A DNA stretch of 62,329 bases, filler included. It is 9 parts of 9 records of this genome, joined end to end, with 100 filler letters (N's around TTAATTAATTAA, not from the genome) between each part and the next. Parts side by side here need not be neighbours in the genome. Positions count along the whole stretch, not along the records: positions 55,702 to 62,329 come from SRR31147125_35715; 8 more parts are not named here. One strand, given 5' to 3'. The translations under genes were made by a program, and so were the position numbers. Shown here piece after piece: positions 61,703 through 62,329 of the stretch; positions within the stretch are counted from its first letter, which is position 1; every line of letters begins with the position of its first letter. The notes under the pieces were generated by a model that ran no database searches, was not told where the DNA came from, and saw only the letters and a program-made list of their open reading frames with translations.

Positions 61703-61847
61703 AAACAGCCCCCCGTGGGTGCCCCGACAGGCCTGACCACCGGCTGGGGCTCCCACCGCGGCACGGATCATCTCATGGTCGGAGGCCGTGAGGGGCGCTT
61801 TTCAGAAAATTTGGCCATTCCCGGCCAGAGCCGGGAATGGCCAATGA

Positions 61848-62329
61848 TCATGGTTTTACGTCAAAACTGACCGTGGCCGAACAATAGACCACATTGCACT
61901 TGTCTGCAAAGGCTTTCAGCTTCTGGTTGCCTTCAACTTTCTGTTTAAAATAGACATTGACAATCCATTGGCCCGCCGTGGGCATGCGGAACTGCCCATG
62001 GCCGTCGGTGATGTATGAACTGAGAAAAAAGCCGTCCGGCCCGCCAAATCCCTTGCTTGTGGCTGTGATATACTGGATGGTGCCATCTTCAAACCTCTGG
62101 ATGGGCTTGCCCATGAAGGTGATCTTAAATGGGACCAGGTCCCCGGTCCTGACACGGGTGAGATCCGTTTGGGGCATGATCTCAAGGTCATGGCCCAGGG
62201 GGCGAGGCGGAGTCCAGGCGCCGACAGCCATATAGCTTTTGGCATAGGCCCCGTATTTCATACTGGTCAGGATCTTTTTGGGGTTTTCAATTTTATCCAT
62301 GGAAACCGGGGCCATTTTCGTTTTCCCCC
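61848..62329 (-). CDS. DUF4198-family periplasmic protein, 5' truncated
   Basis: YAKSY, LEIMP.TD, GDLV.F...F.GKP, TDG.G......AG.W.V, ATVSF. Confidence 0.75.
   Translation of the reverse strand, partial: GKTKMAPVSMDKIENPKKILTSMKYGAYAKSYMAVGAWTPPRPLGHDLEIMPQTDLTRVRTGDLVPFKITFMGKPIQRFEDGTIQYITATSKGFGGPDGFFLSSYITDGHGQFRMPTAGQWIVNVYFKQKVEGNQKLKAFADKCNVVYCSATVSFDVKP

Overview
This window is not one genomic locus. It is nine unrelated contigs joined by artificial 100-nt spacers (N44-TTAATTAATTAA-N44), and many genes are split by single-base indels at homopolymers, most likely sequencing error. Taxonomic labels below are inferred from gene content. Contig 1 (1-8944, spirochaete-like): mlaEFD, TPR lipoprotein, Thermotoga-type membrane pyrophosphatase, hypothetical, AI-2E transporter, nadA. 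Contig 2 (9045-14875, Bacteroidota-like): xdhCAB, nitroreductase. Contig 3 (14976-21447, FCB/KSB1-like): repeat-flanked DUF2335 cassette, alginate lyase, esterase-PKD, DUF2975/HTH pair, methyltransferase. Contig 4 (21548-29049, deltaproteobacterium-like): TPR-sulfotransferase, flaF-flbT-flagellin, sigma54 activators. Contig 5 (29150-34347): DUF4175-like, TPR, small secretin-N-like ORF, conserved FCB protein, yjbQ. Contig 6 (34448-41091): penicillin acylase, kdsB, larB, HDOD, REC-histidine kinase. Contig 7 (41192-50493, Bacteroidota): DUF190, lpxA, Crp-family regulator, crcB, dacB and the first half of an extracellular contractile injection system (eCIS). Contig 8 (50594-55601): nitrilase, histidine kinase, candidate sRNA. 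Contig 9 (55702-62329): AraC plus TonB-dependent receptor, Slp, a Ser/Thr kinase with a PH-like N-terminus, DUF4198. Best leads: the PH-like kinase, the eCIS, the sigma28-driven flagellin with FlbT/FlaF next to a TPR-sulfotransferase, a Crp-lpxA module inside crcB-DUF190, and a compact promoter-hairpin-terminator sRNA candidate. No tRNA, rRNA or CRISPR array was seen.
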